Shown in pieces: positions 22,237 through 35,281 of a stretch of 64,000 nt of DNA (position 1 is the first letter of the stretch; each line of letters opens with the position of its first letter). This DNA comes from Phoronis australis. Its lineage: Eukaryota; Animalia; Phoronida. The position numbers and the translations under genes are program-made. Below the pieces are notes generated by a model that was given only the letters and a program-made list of their open reading frames with translations, had not been told where the DNA came from and did not search any database. Location of the stretch: assembly GCA_002633005.1 (NCBI GenBank), contig NMRA01000678.1, positions 127,613-191,612 of the forward strand, given 5' to 3'.

Positions 22237-24865
22237 ATACTTCCTCAATCCAAGTGCCGTCAGTCGTCATTTGTATTGTTCCATTTGTCAAGATGTCTTC
22301 TTCGAACCACAGAGGGCGCCTTGTGGACACAGTTTTTGTAAAAAGGTTAGTCAGCTCAGTTCATAGAGGAATTTAGTTACTGAACTCATTCAAGTTAAAG
22401 GGGATCACAACCATTTTGATGTAATATTTAGTAAAAATATATCAGTGTTCTCCACAACAGAAAATTAAAACTCAAAGTACTAAATCCATATATGTCCGAT
22501 TGTCCATTTCCATACTGTGGGGAGTTTGTGTGTTTTGTCTTGGAATAAATGCTTTGGACTTGTATCAAAACTCCAAAATGTCCTGATTTCCTGAAGAAAT
22601 GAGTAATCTCCCAATTCTTTAAACTCTTTGCATAGTTTTTCCAACTCAACACTAGTAAGCCAAACTTGTTAGGACAAAATTCAACCTCGTCGCAGCAACG
22701 AGTCAAAATAGGTTGTGATTGTGAAGAACACTGCACACATCCTTGAATGTCATGGAGATACATTTTTCATGTTGGCTTGGTGAATATTTGCAAGGAATGA
22801 TACAATGTGATGTGGATTGCCTAGCAATAGGCCCACATTTCGATTCTACATTCATTTTCATTGAACAAGTTCAATGTTTTACTCACTAATGAACAATGCC
22901 TGGCTCATTCATATTTGCTCCATGGAAGTGAATGCAGATTTGAATGCGGCCATCTTGCAGGGCAGCTTCTGTCACTTCATTGCTCCATACGTACACGTTG
23001 AGGGAGCAGTGATTAATGAAGGGAAAATGTCTCCCCAAAATAACAAAGTATGTGTGTATTTGTCCAAGGTAACATCAAAAAGCATTACTTTCCCTTTAAC
23101 GCTCAGGGAGTCTGAATCAGGAAAGACCAACATTACAGTGTTTACAACAGAATGTTAGGTGATTCTAAGTGACATAATTGACTTGGGAGCGTATTTTTAG
23201 TGTGGGCATTATCTCAGATGAACACTGTAACCTATTGCAAGTGGTTCTTTTCTTTTCATTGTTTGAATGTAAACGCAGTGTTAAGATTTAGTATTATAAT
23301 GCTTCCTCATTTAAGTTACTGGTCATTAAATTCAATCTTAAATGTTAAGCTGAAAATAAAATGTTTATCAGAAGTTTCATTTACTTAATATGCAATCTGT
23401 TGCTTGAAGTTGTGCCTATACTAAAAGTTTGTTGTCATATAATCAGAACTATTTTTTTTTTAGTACATTTTATCGCAACATTCATATTTTAAATTAATAT
23501 TTAGACTTGCAATGAAGTATTCACTGATGTCTCCAGAGCTACAGAAGTTTCACTATTCTCTCAGTTGAAACATATTTTGATCTTCGCCTTAAGAATACTA
23601 GTAATTTCTTTATGTTTGGGCCTCTTTTCTTCTTCAGTGTATCCTTATGTGGTTAAAACAAAGCCGTACCTGCCCTGAAGACAGAACTCCAGTGGAGAAA
23701 CATCATCTTCACCGTGACTTTATACTGGAGAACATCATCGGCGATCAGATGGTAACGATATGAAACTGCAATAAATTTCAGTTTAGCAGAGATAAGCTCA
23801 CCAGTGCTGAGTTCAGCTCAACATGACGTCCCTCGGTACATTTGCAACACCAGTTTTCATTCCAGAATCTGTGCGCTTTTACCAATAACGCGCTAAGTCC
23901 AAAATTGTCGCAAAGTTTTGTTCATTAATACTGACATATGTAATGAAGTTTTAAGGAAAACCCGCCTACTTTTATTTTTTTAAAAGTTGGTAGTGAAATA
24001 AGGCAAACACAAATAAGGCTGAGCTGTATGACGTATTAACATTTTATTGATATCTGTAGAATGACGAAACTCATCATTTGATCTAAATTGAAGAACGTTA
24101 GGCAAAGAATTTATTTAAAAACTATGGAATCTGTTTTCAGGTTGCTTGCCCTCATCGCAATAATGGCTGTGAATTTGTTGGACAGCTCCAGCTTCTAAAA
24201 TCCCACACCAGGAGATGTGACTTTAATCCAACTAACCTACCTGAGTTCCTCAAAGAAAACACAAAACCCTTATCACCAGGTGATTATTTACGTTCTACAA
24301 GTATGGATTACGATGAAAGCAATAGATTCAATTCCTTAGACTTTCAGGTTTGATTCTACATCAAAGCGTGACATATTATTCCTTCACCAGTTCAAAGTTG
24401 AGTTGGTAGGCTCCACAACATGAGCAAAAGGTCTAATCCGGTGTCTGATTTTTATGTTACAATGCTAGAAGTACATGAAAACTAAAAACAATGTTATTTT
24501 TTATGTGAATTGGTAAGATTTCACCATTTCATCACTATGGTATGTTATCGAACCCTGCCTATTCTGCGCAAAATTCCCTGCCACACACTATTCAAACTCA
24601 TATAAACCATTGTTTGTGCATTGGCTACGGTTCCGCTGTGTGGTAAGAATTTGATTATCACCCCCGCTTCACCTGTCATTTTCTATTTACAGCCTCACAA
24701 GACCCTTGTGCTTCAGATGTCAGCGAGGGCAAGCTGCCCACTCCAGCGAAGCCCTCCCTGAAGATGCGACTGTTCCGAGCAGGAGGGGGCCAGAAACAAC
24801 TTTTATGCTCTATGTTTGACAAGAATCAGCCATCGTCTACATCGTCACCAACAAACTCTTCATGA
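22237..24865 (+). CDS. RING (C3HC4-type) plus TRAF/SIAH-type zinc-finger E3 ubiquitin ligase-like protein (RNF151-like architecture); first exon not resolved
   Basis: Exons 22237-22345 (YFLNPSAVSRHLYCSICQDVFFEPQRAPCGHSFCKK), 23638-23751 (CILMWLKQSRTCPEDRTPVEKHHLHRDFILENIIGDQM), 24141-24279 (VACPHRNNGCEFVGQLQLLKSHTRRCDFNP...) and 24693-24865 (...PSLKMRLF...NSS*); GT-AG and in phase; no MATH domain. Confidence 0.85.
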
Positions 24866-26331
24866 TGCCCTTGGATTGCTGCTCCTTGTCTGTGGTATTT
24901 TGTCCCTACGTCCCATGCAGTGCCATCGTTGAAAACCATGGTTTTGGTTCCCGTTCTCAGGTGGCGCCACTTGTTTTGGTTCTTTGAAGGGGAAAGCAAC
25001 TGTTAAATGTTACCTGCACTAAAATTGCGGCTCTTTGGTTATCCCGGAGAGACATTTTTCACATTAATCACCATTCACTTGGGGTTTATTTATTCTCCGT
25101 GCTACAATACCAGATCCACATTTTGGTTTAGCACCCATTTCCATTGATCAAACACAACTGATCGACACAGACTTCGTTCAATTTAGCGATTTGGACATTG
25201 CATTTGCTAAATGGAAAGGAATGCAGTAGCAATATGTCGGCCATTTTCTGGGCTATGTGTGTGGTTCAGTTATTTGATGGATATTTGAAACATTCCAGGG
25301 GATCAACTGTTTATGTGGAAAAATGTGTCTCCCAGGTAATCAAGGATTCGTTTCGTAATAAAAGTCTCATGAAAAACAATTGAAATCTCTACCAGAGATG
25401 CACTTCTAGATGTTTTTGTTGCCAATTTTCAATCACTGTACTATTAGTCTTTCAAAACAAACTTTGATTCGTGGAATAAGGAAAGGTAAGTTAGTAAATA
25501 CATTTCCTGGTGTTTTAGGATATTCTGCTTAAATTTTACGACACTATGTATATGTTCTATTACAAAATAGATTTTCCTCTGCAGTCACATGTGAACGGCC
25601 ATTTTAATTATGAGCAGGCATGTGATCCCCGATAAAATAGAATCCTACATTTTTTTATTATTTTCTATCTGCATACGGTAAAACAGGATTTATACAATTT
25701 CTTGTTTTGGAAGGATATTAAGTTACATAATTTGTCAGGTAAATATTTAGCATGCCATATGGCAGAGAAATATTTTGTCAATGCTGTCTAACCTCATTTT
25801 AGTTGTGGCATGGCACACCAAATGGCAGACAAATAAAAGTTTATTGTGTAAAAATTTCTCAACAAAAATATCTTCAGGAAAATTAACTTTCTTTTTAGCA
25901 TGACGTAGATAATAGCAAACAACATTTGGTAAACTTTTGAGTATTTGTAACAATGTGGTAAGTTTCCGAAAAATTGAAATAAAATTATGACAATTTCAGC
26001 AATTATATTTGTCCGGAATTAAATAATTTTTATGGTATGACCCGACACTTCATACAATTTTAATTATTTGTAACAGCCTTTGAAAAATAAATAATTACGA
26101 TTTTGGCGCTAATTTTGGGACTAATGTCTGATGTATTGCCTGTTCTTTATGTTAGTGTAAATTTTTTATGAATCTGAATGAATGATTTTGCCAAAATTAT
26201 TCTTTGATAGTGATATATAAAGAAAGTGGCAATTTATAGTGTTCTAAAAGTGCTCTTAGGTATACTTTTGAAAATAAAGGTAAAGATTTCCCCATGTTCC
26301 TATTTATTATTTTCATCGTCATTTTCAGCAA

Positions 26332-26650
26332 TTTTTATGCGTCCACATATTTATATGTGGACGCATTATGCCGTCATCTCCGTCCGTCCGTCCGTCCGGG
26401 CGGCGTCCGGCGTCCGCTGCTCTATCTCCAAAACCCTTTGACATACGTTCATGAAATTTGGCACATATGTTCCATTCATGAATGGGACGGCATGTGCGAA
26501 CTTTCGGACGGATCCGACTACCGGTGTGCCCCCTAGTGGCAATTTTAGTTTTTTACGCTTACCTTTGTATCTTCAAAAGTCCTGAACGGATTTTCATGAA
26601 ATTTGGTATGTAGGCACCTAGTCGTGAGATGACGCTATCCTGCCGTTTTC
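26332..26650 (+). mobile_element. Young non-autonomous Helentron (HINE) 5' part, cut off by the gap
   Basis: TTTTTATGCGTCCACATAT-TT-ATATGTGGACGCAT (14-bp arms), then a (TCCG)n microsatellite and repeated TTCATGAAATTTGG units; inserted in a T-run; absent from the duplicate copy near 29270. Confidence 0.75.
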
Positions 26651-27051
26651 NGCGATCAGATGGTAACGATATGAAACTGCAATAAATTTCAGTTTAGCAG
26701 AGAAAAGCTCACCAGTGCTGAGTTCAGCTCAACATGACGTCCCTCAGTACATTCGCAACACCAGTGTTCATTCCAGAATCTGTGCGTTTTTTACCAATAA
26801 CTCGCTAAGTCCAAAATTGTCGCAAAGTTTTGTTCATTAATACTGACATATGTAATGAAGTTTTCAGGAAAACCCGCCCACTTTTATTTTTTTAAAAGTT
26901 GGTAGTAAAATAAGGCAAACACAAATAAGGCTGAGCTGTATGACGTATTAACATTTTATTGATATCTGTAGAATGACGAAACTCATCATTTGATCTAAAT
27001 TGAGAACGTTAGGCAAAGAATTTATTTAAAAACTACGGAATCTGTTTTCAG

Positions 27052-27776
27052 GTTGCTTGCCCTCATCGCAATAATGGCTGCGAATTTGTTGGACAGCTCC
27101 AGCTTCTAAAATCCCACACCAGGAGATGTGACTTTAATCCAACTAACCTACCCGAGTTCCTCAAAGAAAATGCAAAACCCTTATCACCAGGTGATTAATT
27201 ACTTTCTACGAATATGGATTACAATGAAAGCAATAGATTCAATTCCTTAGACTTTCAGGTTTGATTCTACATCAAAGTGTGACATAGCATTCCTTCACCA
27301 GTACAAAGTTGAGTTGGTAGGCTCCACAACATGAGCAAAAGGTCTAATCTGGTGTCTGATTTTTATGTTACAATGCTAGAAGTACATGAAAACTAAAAAC
27401 AATGTTATTTTTTATGTGAATTGGTAAGATTTCACCATTTCATCACTGTGGTATGTTATCGAACCCTGCCTATTCTGCGCAAAATTCCCTGCCGCACACT
27501 ATTCAAACTCATATAAACCATTGTTTGTGCATTGGCTACGGTTCCGCTGTGTGGTAAGAATTTGATTATCACCCCTGCTTCACATGTCATTTTCTAGTTA
27601 CAGCCTCACAAGACCCTTGTGCCTCAGATGTCAGCGAGGGCAAGCTGCCCACTCCAGCGAAGCCCTCCCTGAAGATGCGACTGTTCCGAGCAGGAGGGGG
27701 CCAGAAACAACTTTTATGCTCTATGTTTGACAAGAATCAGCCATCGTCTACATCGTCACCGACAAACTCTTCATGA
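27052..27776 (+). CDS. Second (probably allelic) copy of the last two RING-ZnF exons (27052-27190, 27604-27776)
   Basis: Near-identical to 24141-24279 and 24693-24865; lies inside the N-flanked duplicate and lacks the RING exons. Confidence 0.55.
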
Positions 27777-30700
27777 TGCCCTTGGATTGCTGCTCCTTGT
27801 CTGTGGTATTTTGTCCCTACGTCCCATGCAGTGCCATCGTTGAAAACCATGGATTTGGTTCCCGTTCTCAGGTGGTGCCACTTGTTTTGGTTCTTTGAAG
27901 GGGAAAGCAACTGTTAAATGTTACCTGTACTAAAATTGCGGCTCCTTGGTTATCCCGGAGAGACATTTTTCACATTAATCACCATTCACTTGGGGTTTAT
28001 TTATTCTCCGTGCTACAACACCAGATCCACATTTTGGTTTAGCACCCATTTCCATTGATCAAACACAACTGATCGACACAGACTTCGTTCAATTTAGCGA
28101 TTTGGACATTGCATTTGCTAAATGGAAAGGAATGCAGTAGCAATATGTTGGCCATTTTCTGGGCTATGTGTGTGGTTCAGTTATTTGATGGATATTTGAA
28201 ACATTCCAGGGGATCAACTGTTTATGTGGAAAAATGTGTCTCCCAGGTAATCAAGGATTCGTTTCATAATAAAAGTCTCATGGAAAACAGTTGATGTCTC
28301 TACCGGAGATGCACTTCTGGATGTTTTTGTTGCCAATTTTCAATCACTGTACTAATGCCAAATGTGGCAGGTTTTTGAACTACGTCTTTCAAAACAAACT
28401 TTGATTCCTGGAATAAGGAAAGGTAAGTTAGTAAATACATTTCCTGGTGTTTTAGGATATTTTGCTTAAATTTTACGACAATATGTATATGTTCTATTAC
28501 AAAATAGATTTTCCTCTGCAGTCACATGTGAACGGCCATTTTAATTATGAGCAGGCATGTGATCCCCGATAAAATAGTATCCTACATTTTTTATTATTTT
28601 CTATCTGCATACGGTAAAACAGGAATTATACAATTTCTTGTTTTGGAAGGATATTAAGTTACATAATTTGTCAGGTAAATATTTAGTATACCATATGGCA
28701 GAGAAATATTTTGTCAATGCTGTCTAACTTCATTTTATTTGTGGCATGGCACACCAAATGGCAGACAAGTAAAAGTTTATTGTGTAAAAATTTCTCAACA
28801 AAAATAACTTTTCAGGAAAATTAACTTTCTTTTTAGCATGACGTAGATAATAGCAAACAACATTTGGTAAACTTTTGAGTATTTGTAACAATGTGGTAAG
28901 CTTCCGAAAAATAGAAATAAAATTATGGCAATTTCAGCAATTATACTTGTCCCGAATTAAAGAATTTTTATGCTATGACCCGACACTTCATACAAGTTTA
29001 ATTATTTGTAATAGCCTTTGAAAAATAAAAAATAACGATTTTGGCGCTAATTTTGGGACTAATGTCTGATGTATTGCCTGTTCTTTATGTTATTGTCAAA
29101 TTTTTATGAATATGAATGAATGATTTTGCCAAAATTATTCTTTGATAGTGATAAAAAGAAAGTGGCAATTTATAGTGTTCTAAAAATGCTCTTAGGTATA
29201 CTTTTGAAAATAAAGGTAAAGATTTCCCCATGTTCCTATTTATTATTTTCATTGTCATTTTCAGCAATTTTTATAATTGTTGTTTTGTCATATTCTAATG
29301 TGTTTACATTTTGTGGGCTGTTTAATTGTATGAAGTTTTGTTCCTGTAAAATAGTTTTTATGTGCTCAGCGAGCCTTGTGATAAGAATAATGCACGTGAA
29401 TTTGGCCCATGTTTTGTGTGGAACACTTGAGCCAAATTTCCTGAATTACATGTATGTGAAACGTATTTATTAGAAATTGTAGAATTTGGCCAGAAGTATC
29501 ATGAGCCCACGCTAATAACACCCAGTTTGAGACGTGTTGCATATAGGCAGGAGGTAACAGCTAGTGAGGGTCAATTGTAAAGGGCTATGTGCGAAACGTG
29601 TGTAAATCATTTTTTATTATAAAAACGGGTTATGTCGGATACAGGCGCCTGGGCCTAAATAGGCCCATATACCGTAGTAATGGTACTAACGCTAGTGACT
29701 AAGTAAGATGTTTTGGATTGGTGGCAGTCTGGCCGAAAATGTGAGATTGGATGCCTCAGGTGTTCTTGTTGAAAGGTGATCAATAAACAAGTGAAAACAA
29801 ACAAACATGTTTTCTCCTTCTCACACAAAGCCGCAGTTCCCTTCGTTTAGGGCGTCACTTCTGTAACCTAACGGTCATTAACTAAATCTTTTTCATCAAA
29901 AAATCACGGTGACGTGATGACTGTCACATAACAATGACGAGCTTTTGAGTTTGTTTCATGAAAAATGACTTAGATACTGAAGAACTTTGGCCTGAAAAAT
30001 AATTAAAACACTCCATCAGTGCAAAGTATCCGAGAACATGCCCATTACTGGTAGTTGTCGAGATAATTTATAGAAAACATAGCTAGGCTGAGAGGTAAAA
30101 ATTACATGGTTAAAACTTTATTACAAAATTGTGAAGTGGGCAGACTATGCATTTACTGGGCATGTCAACACCAGTGTGTTACTTATGTGCCTGAGATGAC
30201 AAAATTCCAGGCTTTGGATCTTCCACATTTCGTTCATACCTAGAAGTTGATGAAGATTGCTGGCCAACTTTTGGTCACGCTGGCCTTTTCCATTCATATG
30301 AGGTGCTGCGTCCCTCAAAATATAACTCTGGCATCACTGACCCTGCTTCCAGTACCGGTCCAGTTGGGTAATCATCGTTTTTCATGATTTTGTATGGGTA
30401 CAAATTAAATAAAAAACGCTTATGTTTTCCTTTGAAATATGTGGTAGGGCTTCCCGTTATATCATCCTTGGCTCCTTTACCGTTATCGCAAGGCAAAGGT
30501 AAAGCAATGGGTGATCAAATTATCAGTAGATGCATACATGAAGACCTACACCTGCAGACTTACTAAGCGTATATTTCCATGTCATGAGTCAAAGGGTTCT
30601 AATGAATTCCCGGGATAAGCCTAGACAGGGTTGCTGTTAGGCAAGTGATCCAGATAATTACTGGTCATTGCAATTTTAGCCTGGCATCCAAATATCGCAA

Positions 30701-31497
30701 ACCACGTGACATCCTTAACTTGCTGTAAGCGTGGCATGCGAGCCGAAATTCTTCAACACTGGAGATTTGCGGTGACCAAAAAAGGCTTCGCATCTTTTTA
30801 CACCGTGAGCACTGCCTACCTGGTGGAAATCACCCCTATCCTACACATTTAAATGTCTTTTCAAAAATTCCCAAGACCTAAAGGGGACAGAAACCAGAAC
30901 ACTGCACACTACTCCGACTTCGTTGTTTTAGTTGTCAGTGGCAATGCTGTTTTTTTTTTCTTTTTTTTTACAAAAGTAGCCTGTTTCCACATGTCTCCAG
31001 CTCGTTTCATCGAGTTGTTTTAGCCTCTTGAAAGAGGATCACTGGCGCTCTGAGAGCTGAGGTGTGGTGTGAAGCGGCTCTAAGATAATTAGCTTGAAAT
31101 GTCCGTTGTGACGGCTGAAATTTTAAAGTCTTAACAATAGTACATGTACAACTCTGAAATAGTTTATTCGTTTAATCAAACAAGCGTCAGTCATAATCAT
31201 AATACAACAATAAAAACACTCAGTGACACAATGAGTTGTGTAATTGAGTGTGCTTTTTTTGCATTGATCAACATGTAGTTCAACAAGACAGGTTTATTCA
31301 CTGGCAGTTTCACTTTTCGAGGTTAAATTGTCGTCAGGTATAATACAAGAGTGTAAAATGACTTTTAAGTCATTGTTAAAACAATTCAAGACGTGCTTCG
31401 TTAAACTGGCGTTTTCTACTTCAAGCACTCTAATTTTTTCTACTTCTAAGCGTTTTATCGTGCTTTATTTGCACATGTATACATTTACAAACTAAGT

Positions 31498-31634
31498 AGT
31501 GCTGTAGTGGTAAAATTAGATGTAAGTAGGCGCCCTTGAGCACTGAACGTAACTTACGATGCGTAGGCGCTGCGTTCAAATACCAAAAGGTGGTTGGCTT
31601 CGCCTACGTGTGCCTACGTCCCACTACAGCACTG
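31498..31634. mobile_element. MITE with AGTGCTGTAGTGG...CCACTACAGCACT TIRs in the innexin 3' region
   Basis: 13-bp perfect TIRs; homologous to 10378-10555. Confidence 0.7.
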
Positions 31635-31828
31635 AAACCAAGCTTGTAAACTGTCGTTCTTCGTTTGTCTGCCCGTAAGACGCCGGCCCATTGGGAACTA
31701 CATCTCTCAGCTCTCGCCGCTCTTATCCACAATTTTGCCTCAGCAACCGTTTGAAGGTTTTGTTTCCGAAACTTTCTGTTTTGTTAACTTTCGGACGGTG
31801 CGTTTAGTGCCGACGCCGCGAGGAGTAA

Positions 31829-33037
31829 CTATACTGCTTCCGCTGATAATTTGCTTGGGTGATAATCGCGCCGAAACTTCTTGAAATGTTCCCATAGTCC
31901 TAATACGACGTCCGTGATAACGAGGTCGTTAGCGTTCTTGCTCACAAGTCTCAGGACAAACAGTCCGTCCTGGCGAAGGTAGGTGTCTACGAAGGTGTTC
32001 GCTAACTTTTTGTCCGCTTGCGTGTTGAACTGGTTGGCCATCTTTAAGTACTTTTTGATGTAATGACGACGCGTCTTTTGAAACGCTGTCGCGATCCACG
32101 GGAGAAGTCCCCAACAACTGAGCGCGGCGACCAGTACCAGCCAAAACCATATGAAGATGAAGATCTTTTCGCTGAAAAGATTGATAGGAAGAGCACACTG
32201 GAGCGTGTAGCGGTGGATGTTGTGCAATCCCCCAAGCCTTCGTATCTCAAAGTCGCAAAGAGTAACACGTGGGAACCGTCGCGACTCTCTCCAGTCACTA
32301 CCATTGGCGATTTTGCTGATTACTTCTGTTCCGTAATATGCGAAGTCCTGTCGCAGAAAAGCGTTGAGCAAAAACAGTTGCGCAATGCTGTTGGCTATGT
32401 ACAATAATTTGACCAAAAGATAGACAAACAGCATTTGGTTTCCAACCCGTTTTCCGCAGAAGCACATCCGCTCGGCTAGGAACACTTGCAGACGACGGCA
32501 AAAACTGGGTCGGTACTCGTGATGGGCAGTGAAGTAACGATCCATATGGCGCACCAGATAGTTCATTGTTTTCTCCCGATTCTCGGGATTCAGGTGCTCA
32601 CTGGTAGTGATGGTCGCGACAACACCGGAAACATCGAGACCCACTCGACTGTTGTACAAGCGCCACACGACGTGCGGTAGATAGAACAGGAATGCCATCG
32701 ACAGCAAAATGTATGGAAACCACTGGTAGTAGCTCAACTCTCGGTCTCGCCTGGTTCCAATAAAGGAAGGGATATCCTCTATTTTGTCATTGTGTCCAAC
32801 GTAATAAGTGTTACTAATCCAGCATATATTGTCCGCATATTTCACGTGTTGGCTGCTAAAGTGCGCCGGCGTCCAACAGTCGATGGGATCGCCGACATAC
32901 TGTTTGGTGCCGATAATGATGGTGCTGATGAGAAGAACACCCAGTGTGTAGCGATGACTCATTCGATCGAAAAAATCGTCGTCGTAATGAATGGAGATTT
33001 TAGTGACTTTGGCGATTATGTCCAAAAACGACGACAT
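31829..33037 (-). CDS. inx: Innexin (gap-junction/hemichannel protein, unc-9-like), 402 aa, single coding exon
   Basis: Motifs DDDFFDRMSHRYT, KQYVGDPIDCW, ICW, YYQWFP, FPRVTLCDF and QCALPINLFSEKIFIFIWFW; four hydrophobic segments. Likely start is MSSFLDII at 33037, one base after an acceptor (GATTTCAG|G ATG), so the ORF-track extension to 33157 is probably intronic; candidate 5'UTR donor at 33231/33232. Confidence 0.95.
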   Translation of the reverse strand: MSSFLDIIAKVTKISIHYDDDFFDRMSHRYTLGVLLISTIIIGTKQYVGDPIDCWTPAHFSSQHVKYADNICWISNTYYVGHNDKIEDIPSFIGTRRDRELSYYQWFPYILLSMAFLFYLPHVVWRLYNSRVGLDVSGVVATITTSEHLNPENREKTMNYLVRHMDRYFTAHHEYRPSFCRRLQVFLAERMCFCGKRVGNQMLFVYLLVKLLYIANSIAQLFLLNAFLRQDFAYYGTEVISKIANGSDWRESRRFPRVTLCDFEIRRLGGLHNIHRYTLQCALPINLFSEKIFIFIWFWLVLVAALSCWGLLPWIATAFQKTRRHYIKKYLKMANQFNTQADKKLANTFVDTYLRQDGLFVLRLVSKNANDLVITDVVLGLWEHFKKFRRDYHPSKLSAEAV

Positions 33038-34985
33038 CCTGAAATCACCAATTGAAGAATTATTGTACGATAAAAGGAACAAAACTGAAACATTATCAAT
33101 TGAATCAGACTTGATTAGTGTATGGAAGGATATTTGAAAATTGTTTGCAACTGACATATAAACCGTATAAATAAAGCGTCAATAGTCTAGTCTCCCATCA
33201 CATGTCACAATTTTTGATTTAGACAACTTACCGTTACGAATCTGGTATCAAATTTTTCCTGTGAGTCAAAGTGAAGATTCTCGAACTTGAAAAGAACTGT
33301 CTGTGCGTTATTGCTACAGACCAGGCTCTGCAATTTGTGTTGTCACGACAGGTCAGTTTATGGACCAAGCACAGCCAGTTCTTTGTAAACCCCGAAATCA
33401 CTTCTGATTTGATTGATTGAGAAATAAGATGAGATAATTTTTGTAGAGTGTAAGTGGTCTCCATCGTTAGACAAGACGCTGGTTTATCACCGTTTTTACC
33501 TCCTCAAAAACACTATCATTCCCAAAATTCTTCAATACGGCCCATAGCTAAGAATAGTTTAAAAATTAACTGCTGTGTGTACATATCCGAGCATCTCTTT
33601 CAAGCATGGTTTAACTCAAATGGTCCGCGTATAGGCGCATGCGTATAATTCCGGATGTAGGCGCAGCTTCGAATGTAAGCGCATGGGCCCAACGTCCATA
33701 TACTCTAATAGAGCCAGAGATAATTAAGTACGCCTCCTATAGCATATGCTGATTTAGGTGGACCAGGAGCTAAGCCCTCACGTCCGGTGCACGACCAAAA
33801 CAAAAGAAAGTCGACGGCACTGACACTGCGAAATAGGCCGCGGTGGGCCGCAAGCCACAGGGGGCTTAAAAACTACTTCTGCGACGATTTGGGGGAGAAG
33901 GCAATTTTGCTATTGTATTTTATAAAAAGTTCCTGTATTAAAACTTCTTAAAAATGAATTAGATGTCCATAAGTGGTGATACTGCAACTAATATTTCCGT
34001 AAGTTGTCTTAAGTGTAAATCCACATTGTTTTTTTCGCGCCACTTCATGGTGAAATTTGGAACTACCATTCCAACATCTTGATATTGTTGTTGGACTTCT
34101 AAACAGAAATACATTATCACACTGACAACACCAGATAGAGTGACATTATGGGTGAGAAAAACATTTCTAAGATCAGCCCATTTTTAATCGAAACCGAATC
34201 ACGTCCTGCTATCTTAGCTAACCCCACTCAGTATATGGACGAACCCTGCGCGTATGTAAATTCGAAGAGTCACCGGCCTTGATTTCAGCAAATGTCTGGC
34301 AGACAACGGTAAACGATAAATCCTAAAAACACGGCGGATTTTATCGTTTTATAGCTCTGGTCAAAAGTCGTAAATTTAAAAAGTTTATTCTAGTCGACAA
34401 TAACCTCAAAATTGCCTACCGACTTCTACTACTTTGGCTCCGCCTAGTGGCAGTTTTTTGCACCCATAACTGTATCTCCCAAACCCACTGCAGGAGCTTT
34501 ATTAAATTTAACAAGTTTAATTATATGAAGTTGACAACGGTTGACAACGGACGACAACGACTTACACATTTACAAATCTTTATGCGTAATTGGGGAGCAC
34601 ATGTTTTTCCAAATAATCCTCAAACTTACGCAAGACGGTGAGAAAGATCCACTTCCTTTAATTCCAAATCTTTCACACCAGTTATATTAATTAACTGCGA
34701 GCCTTTTTAATTTAAATTAGAGTGAACACTAAAATTGCAATTGCACCAAAGGCAAATTTTGATCGAAGAAAAACTTTTTAGCACTTAACATTGAGCATGA
34801 GCTGGCTGTGCGCACCTTGTTTGCGCTAATATTAGCAATCTTGTTTCGCCTATTTGATTCATTTCGGCTTTTAGATAAGACGATGGATTCATAGCTAGTC
34901 TACATGACACTAAGATGGCCGCCACCACGACATCTTCCAAGTCCTGTACAAGCGTCATTGTTTAATATTCGCAATTCAGCAACTG

Positions 34986-35281
34986 ACTTCCTAAAACCGC
35001 TCTGAGGTGGTGGCGTATTACAACTATTATTAAAATCTCTTGGTGTATTTACACCGACCTCTAGTCTATATATTGAATTCTCTGTAGTTTCAGAAGTCGT
35101 GGGTTAAAATCCTGCCTCGCATAAAAATGACACCATCAGTGTACCACGTATCCGTGCTCGTTCTTCTAAGAACGCGGGAACACCTGACGATGGCCAGAGA
35201 AGAGACCAACCGAAACGTCGTGACAGTGTATATAGACTAGAGGTCGGTGTGAATAGACCAAGAGATTTTAATAATAGTTGT
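34986..35281 (+). mobile_element. Penelope-like element-derived insertion, copy 2
   Basis: TSD AATTCAGCAA(C/T)TG on both sides; inverted repeats at 35017-35072 and 35229-35284; hammerhead core intact. Confidence 0.65.
35181..35222 (+). ncRNA. Minimal type-I hammerhead ribozyme motif (Penelope-type)
   Basis: CAC-CUGACGA-U-GG...CC-GAAA-CG-UC-GUG: CUGANGA and GAAA cores, GUC cleavage triplet, 3-bp stem I (CAC/GUG), palindromic ACGU stem III; stem II is weak. Confidence 0.5.

Larger units (their letters stand above)
23741..29271 (+). repeat. Tandem duplication 23741-26331 / 26652-29271 split by an N; probable uncollapsed haplotypes
   Basis: Both copies start GCGATCAGATGGTAACG and are near-identical; the second begins right after the N at 26651 and in the middle of an exon. 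Confidence 0.9.

Noticed and set aside
24758-24800. CTGAAGA...GAAAC hammerhead-like string
   Set aside because: Lies within a coding exon and lacks stems I and III and a proper cleavage triplet.
26652-29271. True tandem duplication or alternative 3' exons of the RING gene
   Set aside because: Starts mid-exon exactly at an N and is near-identical including introns; best explained as the second haplotype.
33038-33157. N-terminal 40-aa extension of the innexin ORF
   Set aside because: An acceptor lies just before the MSSFL ATG, and the extension is AT-rich and intron-like.
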